Source: Sulfolobaceae archaeon (GTDB lineage: Archaea > Thermoproteota > Thermoprotei_A > Sulfolobales > Sulfolobaceae). Taken from it: 64,000 bases of DNA. Below the pieces are notes generated by a model. It searched no databases. It was not told the DNA's origin and saw only the letters and a program-made list of their open reading frames with translations. Position 1 is the stretch's first letter. The number at the start of each line of letters is the position of its first letter. This document shows, piece by piece, positions 35,309 through 46,835 of the stretch. The stretch spans positions 32,001 to 96,000 of the forward strand of contig JAWARQ010000001.1 in the NCBI GenBank assembly GCA_038893355.1, given 5' to 3'. The position numbers were made by a program, and so were the translations under genes.

Positions 35309-36553
35309 TTACGTACCGTATTTCCATTGCTTTAAGTATTCTATTTGCTCTTTTGTTAATTGCTGTAACTCCACATTCATCGTCTTTAATTTTATTCTAG
35401 CTACAGTTTCATCTATTTCTAAAGGTACATTATACACTTTATTCTCTAATTTACCTCTATTTTTAATTAAATATTCTACACATAGTGCTTGATTAGAAAA
35501 ACTAAGATCCATTACTTCACTAGGGTGTCCTTCTGCATTAACTAAATTAACTAATCTTCCTTCAGCTAATAAATATACCTTTTTACCGTTTTCAAGAGTA
35601 AATTCTTCTAATCCTTCTCTTATTTTTCTTATTTTAACAGCCCTTTTGTATAAAGTTTTTACATCGATTTCCACATTAAAATGTCCTGCATTAGCTAAAA
35701 TTGCACCATTCTTCATTTTTATGATATGCTCATAAGTTATTGCATTTATATTTCCAGTAGCTGTTATGAATATCTCACCTACCTTTATCGCATTATCTAT
35801 AGTGGTAACTTCGTACCCTTCCATAACCGCTTCTAATGCTCTCAATGGATTAGCTTCAACAATAATTACTCGTGCACCCATACCCCTTAGTCTACTTGCT
35901 ATACCTCTTCCGACCCAGCCATAACCTACGACTACTGCAACCTTACCTGCAATTAAAATATTAGTTGACCTAAGTATTCCATCTATAGTACTTTGTCCAG
36001 TACCTAATCTATTATCAAACAAGTACTTTGTAAAGGCATTATTTACAGCTATTACAGGATATCTTAAAATTCCCTCTTCTTCTAATGCCTTAATCCTATA
36101 CACTCCAGTTGTAGTTTCCTCTGTACCACCGAAGATGCCTTCTATTTTCTTTTCATGAACCATAACATGAAGATCTCCCCCATCGTCAATTACTATATGT
36201 GGTTTAAATTCAATTATTTTATTTATGTTCTCGTAATATTCATTAACTGTTTCTCCTCTCCATGCAAATACTCTTATACCATCTTTTACTAATGCTGCTG
36301 CAACATCGTCTTGGGTTGAAAGAGGATTGCTTGCTGCTAATGCAACTTCTGCCCCTCCTATTTTTAAAGTCCTCACTAATGCTGCTGTCTCCTTTGTAAC
36401 ATGGAGAACTGCAGAAATTCTTATTCCACTTAATGGCATTTCTCTCTCAAATCTCTTCCTAATTTCCATTAATGTTGGCATATGAATTTCCGCCCATTCA
36501 ATATTTAGATATCCTTTATCAGCAAGATTTAGATCTTTGATTTTATAGTCCAT
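35309..36553 (-). CDS. ahcY: S-adenosylhomocysteine hydrolase
   Basis: [33 protein letters not shown]. Confidence 0.97.
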   Translation of the reverse strand: MDYKIKDLNLADKGYLNIEWAEIHMPTLMEIRKRFEREMPLSGIRISAVLHVTKETAALVRTLKIGGAEVALAASNPLSTQDDVAAALVKDGIRVFAWRGETVNEYYENINKIIEFKPHIVIDDGGDLHVMVHEKKIEGIFGGTEETTTGVYRIKALEEEGILRYPVIAVNNAFTKYLFDNRLGTGQSTIDGILRSTNILIAGKVAVVVGYGWVGRGIASRLRGMGARVIIVEANPLRALEAVMEGYEVTTIDNAIKVGEIFITATGNINAITYEHIIKMKNGAILANAGHFNVEIDVKTLYKRAVKIRKIREGLEEFTLENGKKVYLLAEGRLVNLVNAEGHPSEVMDLSFSNQALCVEYLIKNRGKLENKVYNVPLEIDETVARIKLKTMNVELQQLTKEQIEYLKQWKYGT

Positions 36554-36605
36554 AATATATTTAGGGCTTGCTATAATAAAAAACCTTTCAGGATAAATAT
36601 ATTTT

Positions 36606-37106
36606 TTAATTATCTACTAAAAGATGTATATATTTTTTTGATATTTTATTAATAGTTTTTTTAATATAATTATAATTTATATTTAATAAATTTAATATTT
36701 TTCTAAATTCCTTATCCCTATAACCTGCTAAATAGAATGCTACTGCAACCCTTGTCTTTATTTTCCTACCAGATAATATACCTAACTTATTTATATTCTC
36801 ATAAATTTTCTTAACTTTTAAATTTCTCGATACTAAATCTAATGCAATAAGACTATCTTCATGAATAATATGTTTAATTCCATTAATATAAATTATATTT
36901 TTTCTAAATTTATTAAATATAAAATCTTTTGTTTCTTTTCTAATATTATTAAATAAATTAGGCGATATAATAATGTATTCATCTTCAGTATTGATTAAAG
37001 TATTATCGTATATTGTTTCTATAACGAGACCACAATTACTACAGACTATATTTCCATTCTTTCTATCCCAAACTAAGTCACTAGAGCCACAATTTTCACA
37101 TTTCAT
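36606..37106 (-). CDS. TFIIB-type Zn-ribbon protein
   Basis: CENCG...[11 protein letters not shown]. Confidence 0.7.
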   Translation of the reverse strand: MKCENCGSSDLVWDRKNGNIVCSNCGLVIETIYDNTLINTEDEYIIISPNLFNNIRKETKDFIFNKFRKNIIYINGIKHIIHEDSLIALDLVSRNLKVKKIYENINKLGILSGRKIKTRVAVAFYLAGYRDKEFRKILNLLNINYNYIKKTINKISKKYIHLLVDN

Positions 37107-37128
37107 AAATTATCGTGATTAAAGGATA

Positions 37129-37530
37129 ATGAATAAAAGAAACTCTTTATTACTTACTAGTGTGAGCCAGACGACTGAAAATAATCAAAGCAATGAATTT
37201 ATAAGAAATATTTATAAATATATATATTATAAAATAAAAAACGAAAAAAAAGAAAAATGGGATAATATAGTAGTCTATATAGATCTAAAACTAAGAGGAA
37301 GAAATCCTATTAAGGGTCCTATAGAAAACTCTTGGTTCATTCCAAAGGGTTCTAATAAAGTAGGAACTTTAGTATACGTTCTTAATGAGAATACATCAAT
37401 TAATCCTAGAGATTTTTTTGAACTTTTAGAACTTAGTAAGAGGATGAGAGTTCAATTAGTACTTGCTATAGTTGATATGTACGGGGATATAACTTATTAT
37501 ACCCTTTCAGAAGTTTCATTAGTGAAGTGA
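37129..37530 (+). CDS. tRNA-splicing endonuclease structural subunit-like protein
   Basis: VYIDLKLRG and LVLAIVDMYGDITYY match the EndA C-terminal fold. Confidence 0.65.
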   Translation: MNKRNSLLLTSVSQTTENNQSNEFIRNIYKYIYYKIKNEKKEKWDNIVVYIDLKLRGRNPIKGPIENSWFIPKGSNKVGTLVYVLNENTSINPRDFFELLELSKRMRVQLVLAIVDMYGDITYYTLSEVSLVK

Positions 37531-38837
37531 AGGAAAAAATCTCTTTTGAACCAGTAAGAGGAATGAGGGATCTCTTTGGCGATGAGCTAGCAAAAATTAG
37601 ATATTTAGAATCTAAGTTTAGAAACGTAGTAGAAAGGGCAGGGTATAGTGAGATTGTAACTCCAATAGTTGAAGATGTGAAATTGTTTACATTAAAGGGA
37701 GGCGAAGAGATAAGGAGGACAATATATGTATTTAAAGATAAGGCTGAAAGAGAAATTGCACTTAGACCAGAATTTACACCGAGTGTAGCAAGAGTTTACT
37801 TAAACTATTTTCAACATTATCCTAAACCAATAAGATTTTACTACATCGGTACTGTGTATAGATACGATGAACCACAGTTTGGAAGATATAGAGAGTTTAG
37901 ACAAGCAGGGGTAGAACTATTAGGTTCTGAGTCTATACTTGCAGATATAGAAATGCTACAATTACTTATAGAATTTTTTTCAGAAATAAATTTATATAAT
38001 AAAATTAAAATAAAAATAAATAATATAGCAATATTCAAAGAAATACTAAATAGAAATAAAGTTAATGAAGAAGATCAAGAACATTTCTTGCATCTTGTTG
38101 ATAAGAATAAAGTTAATGAAGCTTTAGAATATTTAAAATCAAAGAATATAAATGAAATTGATCTGGAAATAATACAAAATATGTTGATTAACAAATTAGA
38201 ATATAAAAACTATAATAAACTTGTAGAATATATTAGAGAAAAAAAGAGAGATAATTTATTACCTCATATCGAAAGATTATTTAATATTGTTAATATTATG
38301 AATAATTTAGGTTATAGTGATATTATAGAAGTTGATATAGGATTTGTAAGAGGATTAGCTTATTATACTGGAATTATATTTGAAGTTACACATCCTGAAG
38401 TAAGTTTTAGTATTGCTGGTGGTGGAAGATATGATGAGCTAATAAAATTATATAGTGGTAACGAAAATCTACCAGCAATTGGTTTTGCTATAGGTCTAGA
38501 AAGAACTTCCATGTTAATAAAAGATTCTTATAAGCAAAATACTGCATCGGTTAAAATAGGTATGATTATAATTAATGAAAACGAAAAGATAGTTTCATAT
38601 GCACTTAATGTATTATCGTTATTAAGAAAGCAAAATCTTTCGGTAATTTTAAATTTAAAAGATTCTAATATTTCAAAGTTAATATCATTTTATGCTAATT
38701 TAAATTTTGATTATTTAATAATAATTGGAAATAAAGAATTTGAAAACAAGACAGTTATAATAAAGAATTTGAAAACAAGACAACAGATTGAGCTTCCTTT
38801 TGATAAAATCTCAGAAATTTCCACGCGAGTAGTTTAA
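37527..38837 (+). CDS. hisS: Histidyl-tRNA synthetase
   Basis: [40 protein letters not shown]. Confidence 0.97.
   Translation: MKEKISFEPVRGMRDLFGDELAKIRYLESKFRNVVERAGYSEIVTPIVEDVKLFTLKGGEEIRRTIYVFKDKAEREIALRPEFTPSVARVYLNYFQHYPKPIRFYYIGTVYRYDEPQFGRYREFRQAGVELLGSESILADIEMLQLLIEFFSEINLYNKIKIKINNIAIFKEILNRNKVNEEDQEHFLHLVDKNKVNEALEYLKSKNINEIDLEIIQNMLINKLEYKNYNKLVEYIREKKRDNLLPHIERLFNIVNIMNNLGYSDIIEVDIGFVRGLAYYTGIIFEVTHPEVSFSIAGGGRYDELIKLYSGNENLPAIGFAIGLERTSMLIKDSYKQNTASVKIGMIIINENEKIVSYALNVLSLLRKQNLSVILNLKDSNISKLISFYANLNFDYLIIIGNKEFENKTVIIKNLKTRQQIELPFDKISEISTRVV
38730..38782 (+). repeat. 24-bp perfect repeat, period 29 (out of frame), in hisS
   Basis: aataaagaatttgaaaacaagaca at 38730-53 and 38759-82. 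Confidence 0.93.
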
Positions 38838-38851
38838 CTTTTTATATTTAT

Positions 38852-39460
38852 GTGAGTTTGGATAGATTAATGGAAGAATTACCTGCAACTGCATTAGGGA
38901 TAAGAACAAATGAAGGAGTCATATTAGGTGCAGAAAGAAGATTAGCTTATGGAGGATATGTGCTAAGCAGAGCTGCTAAAAAGGTTCATAAGATAGGTAG
39001 ATTTGGAATAGCTGGAGTGGGGTTATTTGGAGATCTCCAACTTCTTACAAGAATTATGAATGTCGAGATAAAAAATTATGAGTTACATGTTGGAAGAATG
39101 ATTCCTGTCAGATCTGCAGCTAAACTGTTATCAGTTATTTTATATCAATACAAATTTATGCCATTTATTTCGGAAATTCTCTTTGCAGGAATTGATGAAA
39201 ACGGACCGCAATTATTCGTTTTAGATCCTATAGGTTCGTTAATTGAAGATGTGTATGCGGCAGTAGGCTCTGGGGCTAAAGTTGCTATAGGTATACTTGA
39301 GAGTGAATACTCACCAGATATAAGCATAGATAATGCAAAAAACTTGGCAATTAAGGCTCTAAGAGCTACCATTCAACGTGATGTAACTTCCGGTGATGGT
39401 ATAGATATACTCGTATTAAAAAAGGATGGTAATAGTGAAGAGAATTTTATTCCTATTTAG
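38852..39460 (+). CDS. psmB: Proteasome beta subunit (probably the non-catalytic paralogue)
   Basis: [20 protein letters not shown]; ...LPAT in place of GTT; start may be ATG 38870. Confidence 0.9.
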   Translation: MSLDRLMEELPATALGIRTNEGVILGAERRLAYGGYVLSRAAKKVHKIGRFGIAGVGLFGDLQLLTRIMNVEIKNYELHVGRMIPVRSAAKLLSVILYQYKFMPFISEILFAGIDENGPQLFVLDPIGSLIEDVYAAVGSGAKVAIGILESEYSPDISIDNAKNLAIKALRATIQRDVTSGDGIDILVLKKDGNSEENFIPI

Positions 39461-39831
39461 TGCTTAAGACATAAATAAACGTGATCCATCATGTTAAACT
39501 TTTTTGATGCTATTAGACCCTCTTTCGTAGTTATTTTGACAATTAACCCATATAATGATATTAAACTTATATATTCATCTTTATCCTTTCTTTCATAGAA
39601 AAGATAACCATGAGCACAAAAGTCTTTATTGGTATATTGTGGTTTATCCTTTACTACTAAAAATTTAATATTTTCATTCTCCTTAAATATTAATAACTCA
39701 TCTGGAATATCAACTTCTGCATTAAGATTATTACAAGAGATTTTAACTATACTATAACCTCTTAAACTTCCTGCAATTATGGAATTTATCTTACATTCTT
39801 CCGATATCTTACTAGCCTCTATAGTCATCAA
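39457..39831 (-). CDS. rpo8: RNA polymerase subunit Rpo8
   Basis: [23 protein letters not shown]. Confidence 0.85.
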   Translation of the reverse strand: MMTIEASKISEECKINSIIAGSLRGYSIVKISCNNLNAEVDIPDELLIFKENENIKFLVVKDKPQYTNKDFCAHGYLFYERKDKDEYISLISLYGLIVKITTKEGLIASKKFNMMDHVYLCLKH

Positions 39832-39867
39832 TTCATTATTTAAACTTGTACTTAAATAACTAGTTGT

Positions 39868-40305
39868 ATGAGTGTAGGTGCAAGAAAAATCTCAACAGAT
39901 CTTAACATGATGATTGATAAAACGGTAGTTGTAAAGATGATAAACAATAAAACATATACAGGTACTTTGTCCTCTTATGAAACTTCACCGTTCTTAATAG
40001 CATTATCAAATGCAAAAGATGAGAACAATAATGTTTACTATAAAGTGATACTAAATGGATCATTTATACAAGAAATCTTAATAAAGACAGCACCAATTTT
40101 TGATCCCAAAGAATTTGCGGAAATATTAACTAGAACTCTTGGATTAAGAAGTGGAGATGTAAGAGTATATGAAGAAGCTGGAATAGTTACGGTACTTGAT
40201 AAAATAAAAGTTAGTGAAAGTGGAGTAGAGGGTAGCGGTCCATTAGCTCAAAGGATATATGATATATTTAATGATTATATCTCTAAAAAGAAAAAGAGTA
40301 TGTAA
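39868..40305 (+). CDS. SmAP3 (Lsm with C-terminal domain)
   Basis: Sm fold followed by [21 protein letters not shown]. Confidence 0.88.
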   Translation: MSVGARKISTDLNMMIDKTVVVKMINNKTYTGTLSSYETSPFLIALSNAKDENNNVYYKVILNGSFIQEILIKTAPIFDPKEFAEILTRTLGLRSGDVRVYEEAGIVTVLDKIKVSESGVEGSGPLAQRIYDIFNDYISKKKKSM

Positions 40306-40306
40306 A

Positions 40307-41779
40307 ATGATAGGAGACTTTGAAGTAAAACATACTAGCCTTGCTGGTAGAATTGGTGTATTAGAAACGAGACATAGAAAGCTAGAAACCCCCATATTTT
40401 TTCCAGTAATAAATCCATTTAAAAGGGAATTTTCTGTAGAAGATTTAAAAAAATTAAAAATACAAAATTTTATAACTAATGCTTATATTCTTAAAAAAAA
40501 TAATATTATAGGAACATCTGTTCATAAATTCTTTCAATTTGACGGAACAATAATGACAGATTCTGGCGCGTATCAAATATTAGAATATGGTAAGGTAGAT
40601 GTAACTAATGAGGAAATAATAAAATACCAAGAGGAATTATTGTCAGATATCGCAGTGATCTTAGATATTCCAACAGGAAATACTGAAAGTAAGAAGGAGG
40701 CAGAAAAATCTGTTCAAGAGACTATAAAAAGGGCAGAAGAGGCTGAGAAAATTATTTCATCTGATAATGAAATAATTTGGGTATATCCTATACAGGGCGG
40801 AAGATTTTTAGACTTAGTAGAATATTCTTCAAGAAAAATTAGGGAATTTAAGAAGTATAAGATGGTAGCTCTTGGAAGTCCAACTGTAGTATTAGAAAGA
40901 TATGAGTACGAAGTCCTAATAGATATGATATATACTGCTAGGTCTAATTTACCTAGATCTTTCCCGTTACACTTATTTGGTGGTGGTTTACCACATATAA
41001 TTCCTTTTGCAGTAGCATTAGGTGTTGACTCCTTTGATTCAGCCTCGTACATACTATACGCTAGAGATAATAGGTATATTACTAGAAGCAGAGTTAGGAG
41101 GTTAGAGGAATTAGATTATTTACCATGTAGCTGTATTATTTGCCAAAAATATACTAAAGAAGAGCTTCTAGAGATGAATAAAGAGGAGAGAATAAAAAAA
41201 CTAGCAATACATAACTTACTAAAAATACTAGAAGAAATAAATGAAACAAAACAAGCAATAAAAGAGGATAGACTTTTTGAATACCTATATGAGAAATCAC
41301 GAGCGCATCCTGCAATTTATACTGCATATAAAAGATTATTAAATTATTATAAATATTTAGAATTATATGATAGTAGAATAAAAGGTGATATAAGTGGTAT
41401 ATTTCTATATGACATAGACTCATTTTACAGGCCAGAATTAGTAAGATACAAAAATTATCTTGATAGAGTAATTAAAAAGAAAAACTATGCTGTGATACTA
41501 TGTTACGACTCTTTAGATTTTATAAAAGAAAAATATAATTTTATAAAAGAAAAATATAAAGATTATGATATATACGTATATCATGAATTTTTTGGAATAA
41601 TTCCAATAGACTTAATATATACTTATCCTCTCTCTCAACATGAAAAACCAAAAATAATTTCAGAAGATGTCAAAAAATACAGCTATGAAATATTACAAAA
41701 TTTTCTTAACATGAAAAAATATGAAAAAGTAATCTATGAAGAATGCAACGAAAAATTACATATATCCGCCTCTACCTAA
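40307..41779 (+). CDS. tgtA: Archaeosine tRNA-guanine(15) transglycosylase
   Basis: MTDSGAYQ, LDIPT, PIQGG, HLFG, DSFDSASY, CSCIIC, YPLSQ. Confidence 0.95.
   Translation: MIGDFEVKHTSLAGRIGVLETRHRKLETPIFFPVINPFKREFSVEDLKKLKIQNFITNAYILKKNNIIGTSVHKFFQFDGTIMTDSGAYQILEYGKVDVTNEEIIKYQEELLSDIAVILDIPTGNTESKKEAEKSVQETIKRAEEAEKIISSDNEIIWVYPIQGGRFLDLVEYSSRKIREFKKYKMVALGSPTVVLERYEYEVLIDMIYTARSNLPRSFPLHLFGGGLPHIIPFAVALGVDSFDSASYILYARDNRYITRSRVRRLEELDYLPCSCIICQKYTKEELLEMNKEERIKKLAIHNLLKILEEINETKQAIKEDRLFEYLYEKSRAHPAIYTAYKRLLNYYKYLELYDSRIKGDISGIFLYDIDSFYRPELVRYKNYLDRVIKKKNYAVILCYDSLDFIKEKYNFIKEKYKDYDIYVYHEFFGIIPIDLIYTYPLSQHEKPKIISEDVKKYSYEILQNFLNMKKYEKVIYEECNEKLHISAST
41517..41559 (+). repeat. 21-nt period tandem repeat in tgtA
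   Basis: attttataaaagaaaaatata twice (FIKEKY twice). Confidence 0.85.
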
Positions 41780-42478
41780 ACTTCCCTTATTAATCTCAGT
41801 CTGTAGAATTTCCATTTGCCTTTGAAGTTCTTCTTCTATCTTTTTTGCATCTTCGTATAGCGAAGATACATCAACTTTAATTGAAAGGATATCAGAAAGA
41901 GCCTCTATAGCTACTGCTGCAGCAGCAGGGTCAGCTCTATCTCTTTCTGCGTAAGGTAGAAGAACTATTGCTGGAATATCCTCAATCTCTGCATAAATTG
42001 TAAGTAATGCTAGTGGTCCTACAACTAAGAGATATTTATCCATTAATGGATAATTTAAATTTATATTACTTTTACTCGTTTTTATCCAAGATAATTTTGC
42101 ATTAGTACTCTTATAATTCTTATCTAAGCCACCAATAAATATTGCATTACTTATCTTTACTCGCTTAAGCCACCTTATTATTCCTCTAGTATATTCATTC
42201 CATTCCCTATGATATGGTAAAATATGATTTAAGAGTAGTAGAAGTTTATTCTCCTCATCTATAAATAACTCAAAAGGTGTTGCAAGACCGTAATCGTCCA
42301 TAAAAGCTACATCCCTTAGATACCTTGTAATTACAAATCCTACTCTTTTCATTCTTCTTTGTAACACTAAGTGTCTAACTGCTAAATAGCCTACTTCCCC
42401 TAAGGTTCTAAAGCCGGTAACGAATCTATAACCTTCTAACTTCATCTCATCTATTCCTTTAAGAATAATCTTCACCAT
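41756..42478 (-). CDS. PAC2-family proteasome assembly chaperone
   Basis: TGFRTLGEVGYLA, DPAAAA, VDVSSLYEDAKKIE, C-terminal YM. Confidence 0.85.
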   Translation of the reverse strand: MVKIILKGIDEMKLEGYRFVTGFRTLGEVGYLAVRHLVLQRRMKRVGFVITRYLRDVAFMDDYGLATPFELFIDEENKLLLLLNHILPYHREWNEYTRGIIRWLKRVKISNAIFIGGLDKNYKSTNAKLSWIKTSKSNINLNYPLMDKYLLVVGPLALLTIYAEIEDIPAIVLLPYAERDRADPAAAAVAIEALSDILSIKVDVSSLYEDAKKIEEELQRQMEILQTEINKGSLGRGGYM

Positions 42479-42992
42479 TTTCTTTTACACCTCTCTTTAT
42501 ATTTACAGCTACACCTCTCTTATATTCCAATAATTCCTCACCAGATATTTTTAATCTTCCAAATCCTATTAACTCATCATTCTTATCAACTACTATTACC
42601 TCATCTCCTGGTCGAAGATTTCTATCCACTTCTATCACATGTTTTGCAAAAACATTATAACCTTTAGATATATATTCTTTTGCCTCGTCTATTATTATTA
42701 CTCGGTACTTTGGTTTATTTGAACATTTTTTAATTCCATTTGCTGAAAGCAAAGTTAAAGAAAATAAATAATCTTGAGCTCTTAATATTAAATATAAATG
42801 TATCTGATTTTTTTCGTTGTCATAAATATAAATGTATCTGATTTTTTTCGTTGAAGGTGATCTTTGTATATATAATACGTCACTGTTCTGTAATATTAAG
42901 CATTCAGCAGTACTATAATCAAACTGGTATTCCGCAACCCACAATAAATGTTCTACTTCTAAATTAGAAGCTTTGTAAATTCCCCTTAACAT
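42459..42992 (-). CDS. PUA-domain protein (split arcTGT C-terminal region)
   Basis: AEYQF, GYNVFAKHV, LRPGDEVIVVD, GVAVNIKRG. Confidence 0.85.
   Translation of the reverse strand: MLRGIYKASNLEVEHLLWVAEYQFDYSTAECLILQNSDVLYIQRSPSTKKIRYIYIYDNEKNQIHLYLILRAQDYLFSLTLLSANGIKKCSNKPKYRVIIIDEAKEYISKGYNVFAKHVIEVDRNLRPGDEVIVVDKNDELIGFGRLKISGEELLEYKRGVAVNIKRGVKENGEDYS
42789..42853 (+). repeat. 31-bp perfect repeat, period 34 (out of frame), in the PUA gene
   Basis: taaatataaatgtatctgatttttttcgttg at 42789-819 and 42823-853. Confidence 0.93.
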
Positions 42993-44170
42993 TATGCAAA
43001 TTTCTCCATTCTCTCTTTAAATACTACTTTCTTAGATATCTTCTTTCTTACTATTTCAATACCCCTTTCTAGGTCTTCTTGAGTTATATAATCTCTATTC
43101 TGTCTTATTGCAATGTATCCTGCCTCCATGCATGAATTCTTTATATCTGCACCTGTAAAACCATCAGTAATCTTAGCTAATTTATTAATATCAATATCAC
43201 CTCTAACATTCATTTTTTTAATGTAAATAGAGAAAATCTCAACTCTTGCCTTCTCATTAGGTAATGGTACTTCAATTATTCTATCAAACCTACCAGGCCT
43301 TAATAATGCAGGATCTAATATATCAATTCTATTTGTAGCTGCTATTATTTTGACCTTATCAAGCGGTTTAAAACCATCTATTTCAGCTAACAGTTGCATA
43401 AGTGTCCTCTGAATTTCTCTCTCACCACTTGTTCCTAAATCTATTCTTCTAGAAGCTATTGCATCAATTTCATCAATAAAGATTATAGAAGGCGCTTTTC
43501 TTCTAGCTAATTCGAATAACTCTCTAACTATTCTTGCACCTTCTCCTACAAACTTTTGCGCTAATTCTGAAGCAACAAGTTGTATAAACGTTGCATTACT
43601 TTCATTAGCTACTGCCTTAGCTAACATTGTCTTTCCAGTCCCTGGAGGACCATAAAGTAAAACACCCTTAGGTGGTTCGATACCTATCTTCTTAAATATC
43701 TCCGGGTTCTTTAACGGCAATTCTACTACTTCTCTTAATTCCCTTATTTGCTCTGATAACCCGCCTATATCACTATAAGTCACATTAGGTTTTTCTATCA
43801 CCTCCATTGATTTAAGCATTGGGTCTTCTCTATTTGGAAGTATGTCAACTATTGTAGAACCTCGTTGATTTAAGGCTACTAGCTTACCTACTTTTAACTC
43901 TTGTAATTTTACATTACTTGCAACATTTACTATTAAATTTGGTCCTGAACTACTCTTTACTACAACTCTACCATCTTGTAAAACATCTAGTACTACTGCT
44001 TCAATCAGAGGAGGACTTAATAATTTTTCTAATTCCGATTTATAATAATTCAGTTCTTTTCTTAAATTTTCTACTTCTAGTTGTAAAGCCTTTACTTTCT
44101 CTTCTAAAATTCTGATAATTTCAATATCATTACTTTCATTTTCTTTATATGTATCAACTTCTCCAAACAA
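42992..44170 (-). CDS. pan: Proteasome-activating nucleotidase
   Basis: Coiled coil, [29 protein letters not shown]. Confidence 0.97.
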   Translation of the reverse strand: MFGEVDTYKENESNDIEIIRILEEKVKALQLEVENLRKELNYYKSELEKLLSPPLIEAVVLDVLQDGRVVVKSSSGPNLIVNVASNVKLQELKVGKLVALNQRGSTIVDILPNREDPMLKSMEVIEKPNVTYSDIGGLSEQIRELREVVELPLKNPEIFKKIGIEPPKGVLLYGPPGTGKTMLAKAVANESNATFIQLVASELAQKFVGEGARIVRELFELARRKAPSIIFIDEIDAIASRRIDLGTSGEREIQRTLMQLLAEIDGFKPLDKVKIIAATNRIDILDPALLRPGRFDRIIEVPLPNEKARVEIFSIYIKKMNVRGDIDINKLAKITDGFTGADIKNSCMEAGYIAIRQNRDYITQEDLERGIEIVRKKISKKVVFKERMEKFA

Positions 44171-44242
44171 TTCTCTTCAGCTAATAAAATTAGATAAATA
44201 AGCTAATAACGTTTAAGGTAGGTAATAATCATAAGTGAGTAA

Positions 44243-44761
44243 ATGCAAAATGTAGTTAGATATTGTGAAATATGTGGTACAGAATTACGTGGAAGTGGAA
44301 TAACAATAAAGTATGAAGGCTCTATAATTACGGTATGTAATTCTTGTTATTCACGAATTAAAAAATATTCTACTATATATAAAGAAAAAAATGAAAAAGT
44401 AAAATCTAATAAAAAGCAGAGTATAGGAAAATCTAATATGGTTCAAGAATTTGAAATAGTAGATGATTATAGTAGAATCATTAAAAACGCAAGAGAGAAA
44501 TTAGGCATGACTCAAAAAGATCTTGCAAATAAATTAAAAACTTCAGAAAATATTATAAAAAGATTTGAAAGTGGTAAACTCAAACCAACAATATCACAAG
44601 CAAGAGAATTAGAGAAAATTCTCGGAGTTAAATTAGTAGTTCCAGTAGAAATCGAAGAAGTTAAAGAAGAGGCTGAAAAATACGAAACAACATTAGGCGA
44701 TATTGTAAGAATAAGGGGGGAAAAAGATGAAGGCAATAGTGGTAAGTCCAGAAAAGTATAG
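44243..44761 (+). CDS. mbf1: Archaeal MBF1 (Zn ribbon plus HTH)
   Basis: CEICG...VCNSC, AREKLGMTQKDLA, TTLGDIV. Confidence 0.92.
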   Translation: MQNVVRYCEICGTELRGSGITIKYEGSIITVCNSCYSRIKKYSTIYKEKNEKVKSNKKQSIGKSNMVQEFEIVDDYSRIIKNAREKLGMTQKDLANKLKTSENIIKRFESGKLKPTISQARELEKILGVKLVVPVEIEEVKEEAEKYETTLGDIVRIRGEKDEGNSGKSRKV

Positions 44762-45773
44762 AGAGGAGGCTATAAGCTTAGCTGAGTCAGCGGATTATAA
44801 GGTACTAAAAATAATTAATATTCCTAAAAGAAGGGATCCTAATTTTTATTTAAATAGAAAAATTTTAGATGATTTAAATAAAGAAGAGTTTGATAGTTTA
44901 ATTATATTTGATCTTTTAAAACCAAGACATTTTACAAACTTACAAAAAATTTTCATAAATAAAAAAATTTTAGATAAGGTATTATTGTTATTAGAAGTTT
45001 TTTCATTGCATTCAAGCTCAATTGAGGCTAAATTACAAATTGAATTAGCTAGAGTTAAATATGAATTACCAATTTTAAAGGATATGTATAAGAAAACGAA
45101 AATAGGCGAACAGCAAGGTCCTTTAGGTTCAGGTGCGTATGGTGTAACTTCAATAGTGAGATTATATCAAAATAAAATAAAAAGGATTATTAATGAGTTA
45201 GAAGAAATAAAGAAATCTAGAGAAACTCAAATAATGAAAAATAATCAGATACCTAGCATAGCTATAGTAGGATATACTAATGTTGGTAAAACCTCATTAT
45301 TTAACGCATTAACCGGACTTAAAAGAGCTGTAGATACAAAAATGTTTACCACGACGATACCTAAGAGGTATTCTATCACAGTTAATGGAAAAAAATTAAT
45401 GCTAGTTGACACTGTGGGCTTTATTAGAGGAATACCACCACAAATAATAGAAGCCTTCTTCGTTACTCTCTCTGAAACTAAATATGCTAATGGAATAATA
45501 TTAATGGTCGATATTTCATATCCACAAGATTTATTCATAGAGTCTATAGAGAGTTCATTTAAAATTCTTAGGGATATAGGGGTTTCTGGAAAACCATTAC
45601 TAGTAGTTGCAAATAAAATAGATAAAATAAATGGAAATATAAATTCTAAAATGGAATTTTTGTCAGAAATAATTAAAAAATATTATGAGCCAGTAATAGA
45701 TATAATACCGGTTTCAGTTAAATTTAATATTAATGTAGATAAAGTGAGGGATTCCTTATACTTACTAGTTTAA
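44727..45773 (+). CDS. hflX: GTPase HflX
   Basis: EAKLQIELA, GYTNVGKTSLFN, DTVGFI, NKID. Confidence 0.95.
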   Translation: MKAIVVSPEKYREEAISLAESADYKVLKIINIPKRRDPNFYLNRKILDDLNKEEFDSLIIFDLLKPRHFTNLQKIFINKKILDKVLLLLEVFSLHSSSIEAKLQIELARVKYELPILKDMYKKTKIGEQQGPLGSGAYGVTSIVRLYQNKIKRIINELEEIKKSRETQIMKNNQIPSIAIVGYTNVGKTSLFNALTGLKRAVDTKMFTTTIPKRYSITVNGKKLMLVDTVGFIRGIPPQIIEAFFVTLSETKYANGIILMVDISYPQDLFIESIESSFKILRDIGVSGKPLLVVANKIDKINGNINSKMEFLSEIIKKYYEPVIDIIPVSVKFNINVDKVRDSLYLLV

Positions 45774-46306
45774 AAGAAATATATGTTCTAAGACTATATC
45801 ATAGGCCAGAAAGAGATAAGAGAGTAACCACACACTTAATACTCGTAGCAAGAGCCTTTGGGGCAAAGGGTGTTTTTGTAAATGGAGACATAAGTAGTAT
45901 TTCTAAAAGTATAAAGAAGGTGCTAGAATCTTGGGGTGGACACTCTTATTTTATACTTCAGGAAGTTAAAGATCCAAAGAAGTTTGTTCTTGAATGGAAG
46001 AGTAAAGGTGGAAAAGTAGTTCATCTAACGATGTATGGAATAAATATTATTGATATTAAGAATAAACTACTTCAAGAACAATCACCATTATTAGTAATTG
46101 TTGGTTCAGAAAAAGTAGAAAGATGGTACTACGAGAAAGCTGATTATAACGTTGCAATCGGCAACCAGCCGCATTCAGAAGTTGCAGCATTGGCTATATT
46201 TTTAGATCGAATGTATGAAGGGAAAGAACTAGAGTTTAAATTCTTTGACGCGAAATATATAATTATACCACAAGAAAAGGGCAAGAAGGTGATAAGAGTT
46301 GAATAG
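45758..46306 (+). CDS. trm56: tRNA (cytidine56-2'-O)-methyltransferase (non-canonical start)
   Basis: Frame open upstream of the listed ORF: [29 protein letters not shown]; [17 protein letters not shown]; start position inferred. Confidence 0.9.
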   Translation: MLTSLKEIYVLRLYHRPERDKRVTTHLILVARAFGAKGVFVNGDISSISKSIKKVLESWGGHSYFILQEVKDPKKFVLEWKSKGGKVVHLTMYGINIIDIKNKLLQEQSPLLVIVGSEKVERWYYEKADYNVAIGNQPHSEVAALAIFLDRMYEGKELEFKFFDAKYIIIPQEKGKKVIRVE

Positions 46307-46835
46307 TACTGAAGAACTCTTTTTAAAAATTGCAAAAGAATTATTAGGTGATGAGGTTTTAGATGTATTGCAATTTATAGTTTCAAAAGGTTATGAAATA
46401 ACAGATGAAGATATTGCAAAAGAATTAAATGTTAAAGTAAATGAAATTAGGAAAAAGTTATATTTACTAGCGGAACAAGGATTTGTAAGTTATAGGAAAG
46501 TAAGAGATAAAGACACTGGCTGGTATATATACTATTGGAAACCTAATATTGAAAATCTAAATGAAATTTTACTTAATAGGAAAAGAGCTGTCCTTGAAAA
46601 ATTAAAAGCAAGGCTTGAGTATGAAAAAGGTGGTCCATATTATATTTGCCCACAAGATACTACAAGATTTACCCTTGAAGAAGCTTTAGACAATGGATTT
46701 AAATGTCCAAAATGTGGATCACCGTTACAAGAATATGATTCTCAAAAAGTAATTAAATTTTTAGAAGAAAAAATTAAAAAACTGTCTGAAGAAATAGAAA
46801 AGGAGACAATAAGTGAAAAGGCCCGTAGTAGTTGA
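46299..46835 (+). CDS. tfe: Transcription factor E alpha
   Basis: TDEDIA, IRKKLY, GWYIYYW, FKCPKCG. Confidence 0.95.
   Translation: MNSTEELFLKIAKELLGDEVLDVLQFIVSKGYEITDEDIAKELNVKVNEIRKKLYLLAEQGFVSYRKVRDKDTGWYIYYWKPNIENLNEILLNRKRAVLEKLKARLEYEKGGPYYICPQDTTRFTLEEALDNGFKCPKCGSPLQEYDSQKVIKFLEEKIKKLSEEIEKETISEKARSS

Noticed and set aside
38852-38900. Proteasome beta subunit lacking the catalytic Thr context
   Set aside because: A non-catalytic second beta subunit is already known in archaea
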